From the IMG/VR virus record IMGVR_UViG_3300026097_001223, positions 96,001 to 160,000 of that record: a DNA stretch of 64,000 bases; one strand, 5' to 3'. Numbering within the stretch: position 1 is the stretch's first letter; each line of letters opens with the position of its first letter. The position numbers were made by a program, and so were the translations under genes. Source of the stretch: a virus. Of the stretch, positions 8,016-17,104 are shown in pieces. The notes beneath the pieces are model-generated. The model was not told where the DNA came from and did not search any database. It worked only from the letters and a program-made list of their open reading frames with translations.

Positions 8016-10005
8016 CCAAGAAGCATTAAAAAAACTATTAGATTCTGAAGAAGTACAACAACAGATTCGTATTGCAATCAATCAGATTGTAAATCAGCAC
8101 GTGAGCACTTCGCTGTCGCAAACAGACATTGATACTGCTGTTGATAGACACTTGGCAAAAAGAATACGTTTTAACAAAGATACTGTACTGGATAGTTTTC
8201 CTGGTATACAGGATAGCAGCACTAAACCAGAACTAACCATCTTGCCAGACAATGTTGTTGTTGAATCTACATTGATTGCAAAAAATATTGAATCAATGGA
8301 AACAGCTAAACTTGAAAATCTAGAAGTAAACGGAGAATTAAAGTTCAACGGCGATTCATTGGTCAGCACCGGGAACAATAGCAAACTGCTGGATTATATT
8401 ACAAAATCGATCACTGCCGGCATAGATCAAACAGTTGTATCTGGTATAACTGACTCAGTAAAAAACAGTATAACAAACGAAGTAATAACCAAAGCCAGAC
8501 TGGAATACAATAAAACAGTAAAAGATATAGTCGAACAAGAAATACCTTTGTTGCTCAATACTGCGGAAGTTGAGCAGAAAATTGATACACTGAGCAACCA
8601 AATTATAAATCAGCTGGTTAACCGTACGGTGGAATCCACTGATATTGCTAACCTAGTAAAGCAAAATGTCGACCGTGCAGTTCGCATAAATCGAGAATCT
8701 CTTAAAACTTCATTCCCAGGTATTGATGACAATGCTGACAGTGTAGAGCTTACACTGTTACCTGACACTGTTGTTGCAGAAAACAGTTTGGTAGCCAAAA
8801 ATCTAGAAATAATAGAACATGCTAAAGTACAGGATTTAGAAATTGCTGGCAATATCCTGTTCAATGGCAATGCTTTTGTTAATCGCGGTGACAATCGTGC
8901 ACTGATTGAAGAAATAACTCGCAGTCTCACAGCCGGCTTAGATAAAAAAATCCTAGACAGTATCAGTACCGAAGTAAAAGAAAAAATCAATCAACGTGTG
9001 CTGGAGAAAGGACAACTGGAGTTCAGTGCAACCATTCGCGATGTAGTTGAGCAAGAGCTTCCAGCCTTTTTAGCCGGTGACGCGGTTGATGCTAAAGTGG
9101 ATGCACTGCTACCCCAAATTCTCAACCAGAACATTGAACGCACAATTAAATCTGCAGATGTACCGAAATTGGTAAATCAAGCAGTCACACGCACAATGAC
9201 ACTGAACAAGAGTCAATTAAACAAGATGTATCCGGGCATCGAAGATCAAAGTGAAGAAGTCAGTTTAACTCTGATGCCAGGTGTGGTTGTTAATGAAAAT
9301 GACTTTGTAAGTAAAAACATAGAAGTAGTGGGTGATCTATCTGCTAAGACCGCTACTGTGAACAGTTTAACAGTGGTAGACAATTTGAATGTTCAAGGCG
9401 TGGCCTGGGACGGAATCACTGAGCAGATTACAGCCGCAGTAAAAACAAGAGTACAAGATCAGTGGCAAGACACTGTAACTGACAAAGTTACAGCACAGAT
9501 TGCTAAAACAGGCATTAACATCAATAGTGCAATCATAGACGGTCAGCCGTTGATAAACAATGGACGATTGCATGACACTGTGGTTGAAACTGCGCCTCTA
9601 AGAAAGCTTGAAGTAAACGGCACTGCAAATATTAACAATGTTACAATAACAAAAACTCGTCTTGGCATTGGCACAAACAGTCCAGAACGCAGTCTCAGTG
9701 TGTGGGACGAAGAAGTAAGTGTTGTTGTTGGCAAGCACAAGACTAATACTGCCTTCGTTGGTACCAACAGAGATCAGGAGCTACAAATTGGCACAAACAA
9801 CAAAGGACAGTTGATTGTTAAACAAGACGGCACTGTTAGTGTGCCCAAGTTAGTTGTCGGCAAAAATCAAATTGGACACACTGACACTGTGCCAAATTGG
9901 AGCGGTACCAAAGGTGATATTATGTTTAACAGTAATCCAGGAAACGGACAATCATTTATCTGGATCTGTCTTGGCGCATACAGATGGCAAGGATTTGGCG
10001 AATGA
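8008..10005 (+). CDS. Large protein with three 172-aa tandem modules; possible virion structural or fibre protein
   Basis: (S/M)(F/Y)PGI.D motif at aa 63, 235 and 407. C-terminal IGTNSP and GDIMFNSNP...WICLG..RW tail-like motifs. Confidence 0.55.
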   Translation: MSDQEALKKLLDSEEVQQQIRIAINQIVNQHVSTSLSQTDIDTAVDRHLAKRIRFNKDTVLDSFPGIQDSSTKPELTILPDNVVVESTLIAKNIESMETAKLENLEVNGELKFNGDSLVSTGNNSKLLDYITKSITAGIDQTVVSGITDSVKNSITNEVITKARLEYNKTVKDIVEQEIPLLLNTAEVEQKIDTLSNQIINQLVNRTVESTDIANLVKQNVDRAVRINRESLKTSFPGIDDNADSVELTLLPDTVVAENSLVAKNLEIIEHAKVQDLEIAGNILFNGNAFVNRGDNRALIEEITRSLTAGLDKKILDSISTEVKEKINQRVLEKGQLEFSATIRDVVEQELPAFLAGDAVDAKVDALLPQILNQNIERTIKSADVPKLVNQAVTRTMTLNKSQLNKMYPGIEDQSEEVSLTLMPGVVVNENDFVSKNIEVVGDLSAKTATVNSLTVVDNLNVQGVAWDGITEQITAAVKTRVQDQWQDTVTDKVTAQIAKTGININSAIIDGQPLINNGRLHDTVVETAPLRKLEVNGTANINNVTITKTRLGIGTNSPERSLSVWDEEVSVVVGKHKTNTAFVGTNRDQELQIGTNNKGQLIVKQDGTVSVPKLVVGKNQIGHTDTVPNWSGTKGDIMFNSNPGNGQSFIWICLGAYRWQGFGE

Positions 10006-10571
10006 TCACTCGTTCAGCATGGATACTAGACGACAACAGCATCAAGCGTAAGAGCTATGATTTTGATGACATGCGAGCAGTGGGCCCATTGTGGGGAGGA
10101 CCGGCTACTTTTCAAGAATGGTACACTGACAACATTGTTAGCATGGATTTGCCCACTAACAAACAGTTGATAGCAAGAAAAATGCACAGCAACACCAATC
10201 TTCATGTACCCAAAGATCAAAATGCTGGCCTTGATCGCCCTGGCGGTGTTAGGCTGTTCGAACACGACTACAAAGAAACTTTTATACATCAAGATCAACT
10301 GTGTTGTATGATGCTGATAGCTGACTTTCACGACATCTTGTTGCTCATGCATTTCAAAGTTGCACCTGACATCACAGGAGATAAACTGCACGATCGCAAT
10401 GAAAAAATGTATATCAGAGAACTTAAACACGCAATAGAATCATATCCAGAAACACAGTTTGTTGCAATCGACGTCGGTGATGATGTAGATGAAAGTTTAC
10501 TAGAACTTGATAATTTCACTTGCGATACCTACAAAAATGTGTTAGAGTTGTTGTTAGACAACGACGACTAA
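10002..10571 (+). CDS. Hypothetical protein
   Basis: ATGA overlap with the upstream stop; 189-codon ORF. Confidence 0.6.
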   Translation: MITRSAWILDDNSIKRKSYDFDDMRAVGPLWGGPATFQEWYTDNIVSMDLPTNKQLIARKMHSNTNLHVPKDQNAGLDRPGGVRLFEHDYKETFIHQDQLCCMMLIADFHDILLLMHFKVAPDITGDKLHDRNEKMYIRELKHAIESYPETQFVAIDVGDDVDESLLELDNFTCDTYKNVLELLLDNDD

Positions 10572-10581
10572 GGATAGGTAT

Positions 10582-11658
10582 ATGCACCCACGTGTAGGGT
10601 TCTGTTGCAAGTATTTGCATCCAGATCAAACTCAATCTAAAAAGCTGTTAGAAGAAATTCAGCGCCCATTAACTGAACGGTGTACAACTGTGGCCTGGCT
10701 TAATCGTCAAACTCGCGAAGATGCAGAACAGCGTCTTTGGGATCTCATGGTTCATAACACACAGGCATGTTTGAATCTGGTAAACTATGTAGGAGGATTA
10801 CCAAATGAGCTTCGAATGGTTCGACTGGGTAGTAATCAGTTGCCTATGTACACTGAGCCTAGCTGGCGCTATTTTTGGCAGTTACCTAGTGTACGTGAGT
10901 ATTGCGAAAAAGCATTTGCTCGTGTCGGTGACGCCGCTCGTAGACAGAATGTTAGGATCAGCTTTCATCCTGGGCAGTTTTGTGTGCTTGCTAGCGATAG
11001 TGATAGTATTGTAGAACGCAGTATAGAGGAGTTTGAATATCATGCCGATATGGCCAGGTGGATGGGTTACGGTCGTTCCTTCCAGGACTTTAAAATCAAC
11101 GTACACATATCGGGTCGAAAAGGTCCACAAGGCATCAAAGAGGCTCTCCCAAGACTCAGCACCGAAGCACGAAACTGCATCACAATCGAAAACGATGAAT
11201 GCGGATGGGGATTGGATGCCAGCCTCGAATTGGCTAAAGATTTGGCGCTCGTACTAGACATACATCATCATTGGGTAAGAGAAGGCGAATATATTGATGT
11301 GGATGACGATAGGGTTAAGCGTGTTATTGACAGCTGGCGTGGTGTACGCCCTGCATGTCATTACAGCGTGTCAAGGGAAGACTACTTGGATGGGCATTCA
11401 AGCACGGTCCGGCCGGATATGGCTGCACTGCTTGCTGCTGGATACAAAAAACAAAAACTGAGAGCGCACAGTGATTTCTATTGGAATCATGCTGTGAGCG
11501 AATGGGCTGCTACGTTCAGTGAATACTTTGATATTCAGTGCGAAAGCAAGATGAAAAATCTAGCCAGTCACCCGTTTGCTAAAGACTATGTGATGACAGC
11601 GGAATCAACGTGCGAAAGTCTTCGTCGCGAATCCGATCTAGCTCTTTGTTATAGTTAA
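10582..11658 (+). CDS. uvsE: UV-damage endonuclease UvsE/UvdE
   Basis: RMVRLGS, RISFHPGQFCVLAS, IENDE, LVLDIHHH, LRAHSD, DIQCESKMKNLA. Confidence 0.9.
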   Translation: MHPRVGFCCKYLHPDQTQSKKLLEEIQRPLTERCTTVAWLNRQTREDAEQRLWDLMVHNTQACLNLVNYVGGLPNELRMVRLGSNQLPMYTEPSWRYFWQLPSVREYCEKAFARVGDAARRQNVRISFHPGQFCVLASDSDSIVERSIEEFEYHADMARWMGYGRSFQDFKINVHISGRKGPQGIKEALPRLSTEARNCITIENDECGWGLDASLELAKDLALVLDIHHHWVREGEYIDVDDDRVKRVIDSWRGVRPACHYSVSREDYLDGHSSTVRPDMAALLAAGYKKQKLRAHSDFYWNHAVSEWAATFSEYFDIQCESKMKNLASHPFAKDYVMTAESTCESLRRESDLALCYS

Positions 11659-12724
11659 CCTGTGTTTGCCACAGCGCAGGGTCAAACTTGTGCTGTGCAA
11701 TCTGCTTCCGAAGCTGTTCAAGCCATACACGGCTATCCTCAAAGCTTTCAACAGCAATAGTTTGATCTAAATTTTCTAGTACCATGGGTTTAAGATCGTC
11801 GGGCCAATTAACTGGATTCATAAACTCGGGCATCCACACAGATTTTGCAGTTTGCTTACATATATGTCCTCGGGCATGTTTTTCATGGCGTATGTCTGAT
11901 ATGTATTTTTGTAAAGGACCTAGATGCAATAGGTTGAGATTACTGACAGTGGTATTAAATACCACACTTTTTCCTACTTGAACAATCTTCTTGATATTTT
12001 TATCAACTTCTGTCCAGTTAGTGCCGTGTCTTATTATTTCGGCTTGTTCGCCTACAGCATCCAAACTGATTGCCCACGCTAGATAATATCCTAGCTTTTC
12101 TGACATTTCCTGCCAAAAGTCGTCAAACACACTGCCGTTTGTGATCATAACTATACGGCGATCCTTTTCTTTGGCGTTGGACAGTTGATACACAAGGTTT
12201 TTTACCTCGTCTATCAAGGTGGGTTCTCCACCGGCAAGTGTTACAATTTGCAGTTGTTCAATGTTGTCAGCAATCCAGGTTTGATTTTTGCTATTATTGA
12301 ATACCAACTTGCTGTTTACAGGAGGCTGTAGATTTTTTATATAGTCGCTTTGTTTTAAATCAGCTAACCAGGCACTGCTTGCACCTGCATAGCAACTACG
12401 ACACTTGAAATTACAAAGATTGTTACTGCGATAATCAAACTCAGTAATATTAGTTTCTGTATAAAAGTCAGGATGGTCCTCTAGACCTTTTTGTCTTGTA
12501 CTAGAAAACCCATTTTCTTCCTGTTTTTTGCAAAATCTGCAGTCGTTATCAACCTCGCCACGCAAAAACTTTTGTTGTAATTGCTCTAGTTCATCGCTAG
12601 CCAACCATTCGTCGATACTGCCAGTAAATCGTTTTGCGTAGCTACAGCAAGGTTTTACCCCATCGTGCTCGCTGTAAACACTGCGGAACGGCATCGGGCA
12701 ATACCATTGAGAATCGGACATCAT
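11579..12724 (-). CDS. Radical SAM protein with N-terminal SPASM/twitch-like Cys cluster
   Basis: NLCNFKCRSC (CxxxCxxC), LAGGEP, ITNGS, ISLDA; N-terminal CPMPF...KPCC. Confidence 0.85.
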   Translation of the reverse strand: MMSDSQWYCPMPFRSVYSEHDGVKPCCSYAKRFTGSIDEWLASDELEQLQQKFLRGEVDNDCRFCKKQEENGFSSTRQKGLEDHPDFYTETNITEFDYRSNNLCNFKCRSCYAGASSAWLADLKQSDYIKNLQPPVNSKLVFNNSKNQTWIADNIEQLQIVTLAGGEPTLIDEVKNLVYQLSNAKEKDRRIVMITNGSVFDDFWQEMSEKLGYYLAWAISLDAVGEQAEIIRHGTNWTEVDKNIKKIVQVGKSVVFNTTVSNLNLLHLGPLQKYISDIRHEKHARGHICKQTAKSVWMPEFMNPVNWPDDLKPMVLENLDQTIAVESFEDSRVWLEQLRKQIAQHKFDPALWQTQVNYNKELDRIRDEDFRTLIPLSSHSL

Positions 12725-12993
12725 TTTGCTAGACTTTTTACCTGGGCTACTAGATCGGCTTTCTTTTTACGTCGGTCAATGTCTACATCAAAATTTTCTT
12801 TTGCGTAGGTTTCTAATTCGGCTTTGGTCATTTTGTCTAAATCCGCTTTAGGCTTTTGCGTGTTGTTTACACCGTGAATGTCAGCAACATGGCCGAGTAA
12901 CGGCTCTGGAGTTGTAGTAGGCGCAGTTTTTTCGGGTTGCGTATACAAGCCATCATCGGTACTAGTAAATAATTTTTTTAGCCATCCAAACAT
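12721..12993 (-). CDS. Small protein with Rho-N/HeH-like C-terminal motif
   Basis: DLDKMTKAELETYAKENFDVDIDRRKKKADLV; SD AAGGAA and TAAATA (13018-13023, minus) upstream. Confidence 0.55.
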   Translation of the reverse strand: MFGWLKKLFTSTDDGLYTQPEKTAPTTTPEPLLGHVADIHGVNNTQKPKADLDKMTKAELETYAKENFDVDIDRRKKKADLVAQVKSLAK

Positions 12994-13060
12994 TTTGTTG
13001 TTCCTTCTGTTATGGGATATTTACCTTGATATTTTTTAGTGCAAAAAGATAAGAAAAATG

Positions 13061-13089
13061 TTGCAATGCACAAAAATATCATATATACT
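13061..13089 (+). promoter_or_regulatory. Sigma70-type promoter with a TGC-N3-GCA box over the -35
   Basis: TTGCAA-17-TATACT; TGCAATGCA at 13062-13070. Confidence 0.6.
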
Positions 13090-13117
13090 TGCAACTTAAA
13101 CATTAAAGGAGAACCAC

Positions 13118-13354
13118 ATGTTTGATTTTGAAAAAGCCCGTGAAATGATGAATGTAGATCAATACACAAAAACAGTTAACACAGCGGTAGATACTGCCAT
13201 TGACCAGATGGAAGCATCTAGCAATGCATTTGCCGGATACATCACCGACAACAAAGCCAAAAGCTTTTTTGAAGCAGTCACTGAAGCACAGTATTCAACT
13301 GTACGCACTGCTATCAGCAACTATCGTTTGGCTGTAAAGTCAATTTCCATCTAA
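13118..13354 (+). CDS. Small helical protein, possibly phasin-like
   Basis: SD AAAGGAG; Ala-rich amphipathic sequence. Confidence 0.45.
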   Translation: MFDFEKAREMMNVDQYTKTVNTAVDTAIDQMEASSNAFAGYITDNKAKSFFEAVTEAQYSTVRTAISNYRLAVKSISI

Positions 13355-13371
13355 CCTTTACAAATAAAAGG

Positions 13372-13431
13372 TTGACAATGTTGTCAGTCTCCTTTATTAT
13401 AATAATATAACGTGTTAAAGGAGACTAGACA
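13372..13431 (+). promoter_or_regulatory. Sigma70-type promoter overlapped by an SD-sequestering inverted repeat
   Basis: TTGACA-17-TATTAT (TATAAT 3 nt further); AGTCTCCTTTA (13386-13396) is complementary to TAAAGGAGACT (13416-13426). Confidence 0.7.
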
Positions 13432-13722
13432 ATGAATTCACGTGTTAAAGCCGCAGTTGATGCAATCAACGCACTTGAAAACTTTAATGAGTTACGTAAC
13501 ATATATACAGCAGTTCGTCAAAAAGAAACCCGCCTGAGCCGCAACAATATTCGCAGCATTGTAAAAGGTTCTGATGTTGAATTTACAGCCCGCAATGGCA
13601 CTGTTGTACGTGGCGTTGTAACCAAAGTAAATCGTAAAACTGTTGAAGTAGTTCAAGCAGGTGCTACACCTTTCGGTCGCACAACCTACAAGGTTCCTGC
13701 TAGTATGTTAACTGTAGTTTAA
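13432..13722 (+). CDS. Hypothetical protein with an SH3/KOW-like beta C-terminus
   Basis: Strong SD; VEFTARNGTVVRGVVTKVNRKTVEV...YKVPASML. Confidence 0.65.
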   Translation: MNSRVKAAVDAINALENFNELRNIYTAVRQKETRLSRNNIRSIVKGSDVEFTARNGTVVRGVVTKVNRKTVEVVQAGATPFGRTTYKVPASMLTVV

Positions 13723-13734
13723 AGAGGAGTTATT

Positions 13735-14397
13735 ATGAATAAGTCAATCCTAGCTGTAGCTCTTGCGAGCACTGTACTTGCTGGTTGTTCCAGCTTGAAT
13801 CCACTGAGCAACAACACTGTTGTTCAACAACCTGATAGCAACATGACTGCTGTAAAAGAACGCACTGTCGGTCTTGAATTCGACGAAGATGTTAAAATTG
13901 TGTACACCACGTTTGGCAATCTCAAGCGCATTGAAGTATTGGGCCGTGCACCAAGTTGGAAGGCACAAGCACCAGTGATGGCAGAAATAGATGCCAAAGA
14001 AAAGATGGTGCGATTCATGTACGAAGAAGACGTGTCCAGTGAACGCCGTGTGAACATTGTTGCTCGTTCGTTGGAAAAGGCCACTGACAATGCTGTAAAT
14101 CGCATGGACGGTACCGCTGTTGAATACAGTGCCGCAGAGCTAGAAGGCGAAGTCGCACAAGGTGCAACTCCGGGCCAAGACAACACCAGTCGCCGGATTG
14201 CCGAAACTGTAGAAAATACCACAGTGAATGTACTGAAAACAAGCACTGCCAGCGGTAAACTGCGTGGATTTATTAAAACCAAAAGCTACGAGACCAAGGC
14301 TAAAAACGGCGACACATACTTTGTGGTAAAGTATGAATGGAGTGAGGACAACGTAGATGTTGCAAATCAAGTTCGTGCTAAGATGTTTGGTAACTGA
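13735..14397 (+). CDS. Lipoprotein (LPP20-like)
   Basis: Lipobox LAGC after a signal peptide; SD GAGGAG. Confidence 0.7.
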   Translation: MNKSILAVALASTVLAGCSSLNPLSNNTVVQQPDSNMTAVKERTVGLEFDEDVKIVYTTFGNLKRIEVLGRAPSWKAQAPVMAEIDAKEKMVRFMYEEDVSSERRVNIVARSLEKATDNAVNRMDGTAVEYSAAELEGEVAQGATPGQDNTSRRIAETVENTTVNVLKTSTASGKLRGFIKTKSYETKAKNGDTYFVVKYEWSEDNVDVANQVRAKMFGN

Positions 14398-14398
14398 T

Positions 14399-15454
14399 AT
14401 GAAAAAGCTGTTTGCCGGCATGCTGTTAGGGTTGAGTTTGATCTCAACCCATGCAGTAGCAATTGACCCGCAGTGGGCCAGTGTTATTGTTAATGCAGGA
14501 CGCTGGATGTATCTCTATAACGCAGAGAACGAACAACAGCGAGCATATCAAATTCGTGTACAAGGTGTCGGTGCCACTGAACAGCAAGCAAGACAACAGG
14601 CATTTGCACTGGCAGTAGAACAAGCCGTGGGCACACTGTTAGTAAGTGAAACCGAAGTTGACGTCAACGACGTTGTAAGACGCGATCTACTGAACTACAG
14701 CAGTGGTTATATCTACAACTTCAAGTATGTGTCCAGAACACAGAGTGCGCAGGGTGTACGGCTGGTAATAGATGTTTGGGTACAAGAAAGCGACATCGCA
14801 GAACGCATTGCTACGATCAGCCGTGACAAGAGCAAACTGGAAGGCAACCGAATCAGCAACACGCTTGCCAGTATCGAAAAAGAACAAGCGTCTGGAGACC
14901 GTTTGCTGGAAATCGTGCTTAACGATTTTCCGAGTAAGAGCTACGAAATAAAAACTACACGACTAGAATACACTGTAGAAAACCGTGTACCTTATCTGAA
15001 TGTCAGTTATAATATCAGTTGGAAAGAAGGCTACATAGACAGTCTCAAAGATACACTGCGTAGAGTAGGTGTTCGCAGTAGACTTGCTGATAACGATCCA
15101 GGCATGCTGTTTGTGGATACAGACTGTGTATTCTGTCGCAACGAAGGATACGCAACTGATAGCACCCGCGGTCGTAAAATGGTTGTGAACACATTTTATA
15201 AACAACCACACTTGTTGGTGACCATCTTTAACAGCAACCGTGTACCAGTAGCAGAACAGTGTTGGTGGTTTCCAAATCTAGGCGGCGACACAGCAGACGT
15301 ATTGCTTAATGCCGATATGCAAAAGGTTCGTGTGTATCCTGAGCAAACGCTATATAACACTATGAAGATGGATATCTCTGCCTACGACGTAGAAGACATG
15401 CACAGTGTTGAACTCAACATTGTAAGCAAAAACAACTGCCCGGAGTTGCAATGA
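14399..15454 (+). CDS. Exported protein with an LPP20/FlgT-N-like domain
   Basis: Start MKKLF with signal peptide; VQGVGATEQQARQQAFALAVEQAVG...DLLNYSSGYI. Confidence 0.55.
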   Translation: MKKLFAGMLLGLSLISTHAVAIDPQWASVIVNAGRWMYLYNAENEQQRAYQIRVQGVGATEQQARQQAFALAVEQAVGTLLVSETEVDVNDVVRRDLLNYSSGYIYNFKYVSRTQSAQGVRLVIDVWVQESDIAERIATISRDKSKLEGNRISNTLASIEKEQASGDRLLEIVLNDFPSKSYEIKTTRLEYTVENRVPYLNVSYNISWKEGYIDSLKDTLRRVGVRSRLADNDPGMLFVDTDCVFCRNEGYATDSTRGRKMVVNTFYKQPHLLVTIFNSNRVPVAEQCWWFPNLGGDTADVLLNADMQKVRVYPEQTLYNTMKMDISAYDVEDMHSVELNIVSKNNCPELQ

Positions 15455-15690
15455 GCGAACAACCCCTTTGGTTTAACAAAATCACAGGACAGTGGGAACC
15501 TCGTATAAAAATTGACAGCGAGGAGTTTTGGGTGCGTCATGTAGAATACCAACAGTCGCCCTATCAACAGTGGCGTGAAAACATGGTATACAAAGATACT
15601 GTGATGATGGAAAGTATAGAACAAGAATTAGATGCAATGACTCGATATCCAGCTGCTGAAAAAATATGGAACAAGATTAAATCCACATGA
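15451..15690 (+). CDS. Hypothetical protein
   Basis: ATGA-coupled ORF in the operon. Confidence 0.55.
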   Translation: MSEQPLWFNKITGQWEPRIKIDSEEFWVRHVEYQQSPYQQWRENMVYKDTVMMESIEQELDAMTRYPAAEKIWNKIKST

Positions 15691-15917
15691 CACCCCAAGA
15701 AATATTTGAATATCGACTGAAATGGAAGCCTGGCACTTGTGTAGCTGTGCACAGTGACTTGGAAAATCGTGCTAAAACTTGGTGCAATAAAAACGTGCCC
15801 AAGCATCAGTGGACCACAGTAGAATACACAGATGTGTATGAGCATACCTACTGTTTTGAGTCTGTTGAGGCTGCAGAACAGTTTAACATAGAGTTTCAAG
15901 ATTGGATAACAAACTAA
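15687..15917 (+). CDS. Hypothetical protein
   Basis: ATGA-coupled ORF in the operon. Confidence 0.6.
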   Translation: MTPQEIFEYRLKWKPGTCVAVHSDLENRAKTWCNKNVPKHQWTTVEYTDVYEHTYCFESVEAAEQFNIEFQDWITN

Positions 15918-17104
15918 GTTGCCCTTGGGCTGAACAAGGTTTAGCATTGCACAACACCGGCAGGGCTCTGCTGTGTTGTCACAGTCGTAGCTATTTAGAA
16001 GACGACAACGGTGATTGGATCTATTGGCACAGTCACACTCTTGATGATGCGTGGAACAGCAAAACACGTCATGAAATAATTGACAGTTTGGCACAAGGCA
16101 TTGAGCATCCAAACTGTGATGCATGTTGGCAAGAAGAACGTGTTGGCCGTAAAAGTCGTCGTATTGTAGCCAAGGAACAATTTGATTTGCCGCCGGCTGA
16201 CTCACCAAAACTAGTCGATCTTAAACTAGGCAACACCTGTAATCTTGCATGTACCATGTGCTGGCCTGAAGTAAGTTCAAAATGGCTTGCTGACTATTAT
16301 CATGTATACGAAGATCCAAATATTATCTACAGTGACTACAAACAACGCTGGGCTAGTATACAAAAAAGTTATGACCGAGAAAATCACCAGCTTTGGGACG
16401 ATTTAAAGCGCATTTTGCCAAATGCCGAACACTTGGATATTTTTGGTGCTGAGCCATTTTTGTTGGATAGACTATGGGATATACTAAAATGGAATGTAGA
16501 ATTAGGGCATAGCAAAAACCAAACTTTGCATATTAATACAAATACTACCATCTGGCGGGATGATTATGTTAATATCCTATCACATTATAAAAAAGTATCC
16601 GTGGATCTAAGCATAGACGCTACTGATCACTTATTTGAATACATACGTTATGGAGCTGAATGGCAGATTGTTCAAAAAAATATACAAAAATGGGCCGCTA
16701 TAAAAAAAACAAATAAAAATATTAATGTAGCACTGTGCGTGACTGTAACAAACACTAATGTGTTTGATCTAGATAATATATACTTAAAACTAAGAGAATA
16801 TGGTCTTGCCTTCTTCCTTAACATTGTTCATATGCCTGTGCATCAGTGTATTCGGAGTATGCCTAGCCAGCTGAAAACAATAATTAATAATAAATTACGA
16901 GATAATATTGACAACCTGGGATACAAACGTGAAGTAGAAAGTTTGTTAAATTTTATGATGCTGGACGACCCAGATCAAGAAGCCAATTGGCAAGAATGGT
17001 TGCGAAGCACATATGAGTTGGAAAAAAGAAGAGGCAATAGCTTGCGTAAGGCCGCTCCAGAATTTATCTCAGTGCTCGACCGACTGGGTTACCATCTTCC
17101 TTGA
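15902..17104 (+). CDS. Radical SAM protein with N-terminal SPASM/twitch-like cluster
   Basis: LGNTCNLACTMC, IFGAEPF, INTNTT, LSIDA; N-terminal CPWA...LLCC. Confidence 0.85.
   Translation: MDNKLSCPWAEQGLALHNTGRALLCCHSRSYLEDDNGDWIYWHSHTLDDAWNSKTRHEIIDSLAQGIEHPNCDACWQEERVGRKSRRIVAKEQFDLPPADSPKLVDLKLGNTCNLACTMCWPEVSSKWLADYYHVYEDPNIIYSDYKQRWASIQKSYDRENHQLWDDLKRILPNAEHLDIFGAEPFLLDRLWDILKWNVELGHSKNQTLHINTNTTIWRDDYVNILSHYKKVSVDLSIDATDHLFEYIRYGAEWQIVQKNIQKWAAIKKTNKNINVALCVTVTNTNVFDLDNIYLKLREYGLAFFLNIVHMPVHQCIRSMPSQLKTIINNKLRDNIDNLGYKREVESLLNFMMLDDPDQEANWQEWLRSTYELEKRRGNSLRKAAPEFISVLDRLGYHLP

Noticed and set aside
10805-11014. 70-aa hydrophobic ORF in the track
   Set aside because: It is nested inside uvsE, the listed translation does not match what I read at these coordinates, and it has no independent support.
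11579-11658. Special meaning for the 80-nt tail-to-tail overlap of uvsE and the radical SAM gene
   Set aside because: Most simply a C-terminal run-on in a compact genome; no structure is seen in the overlap.
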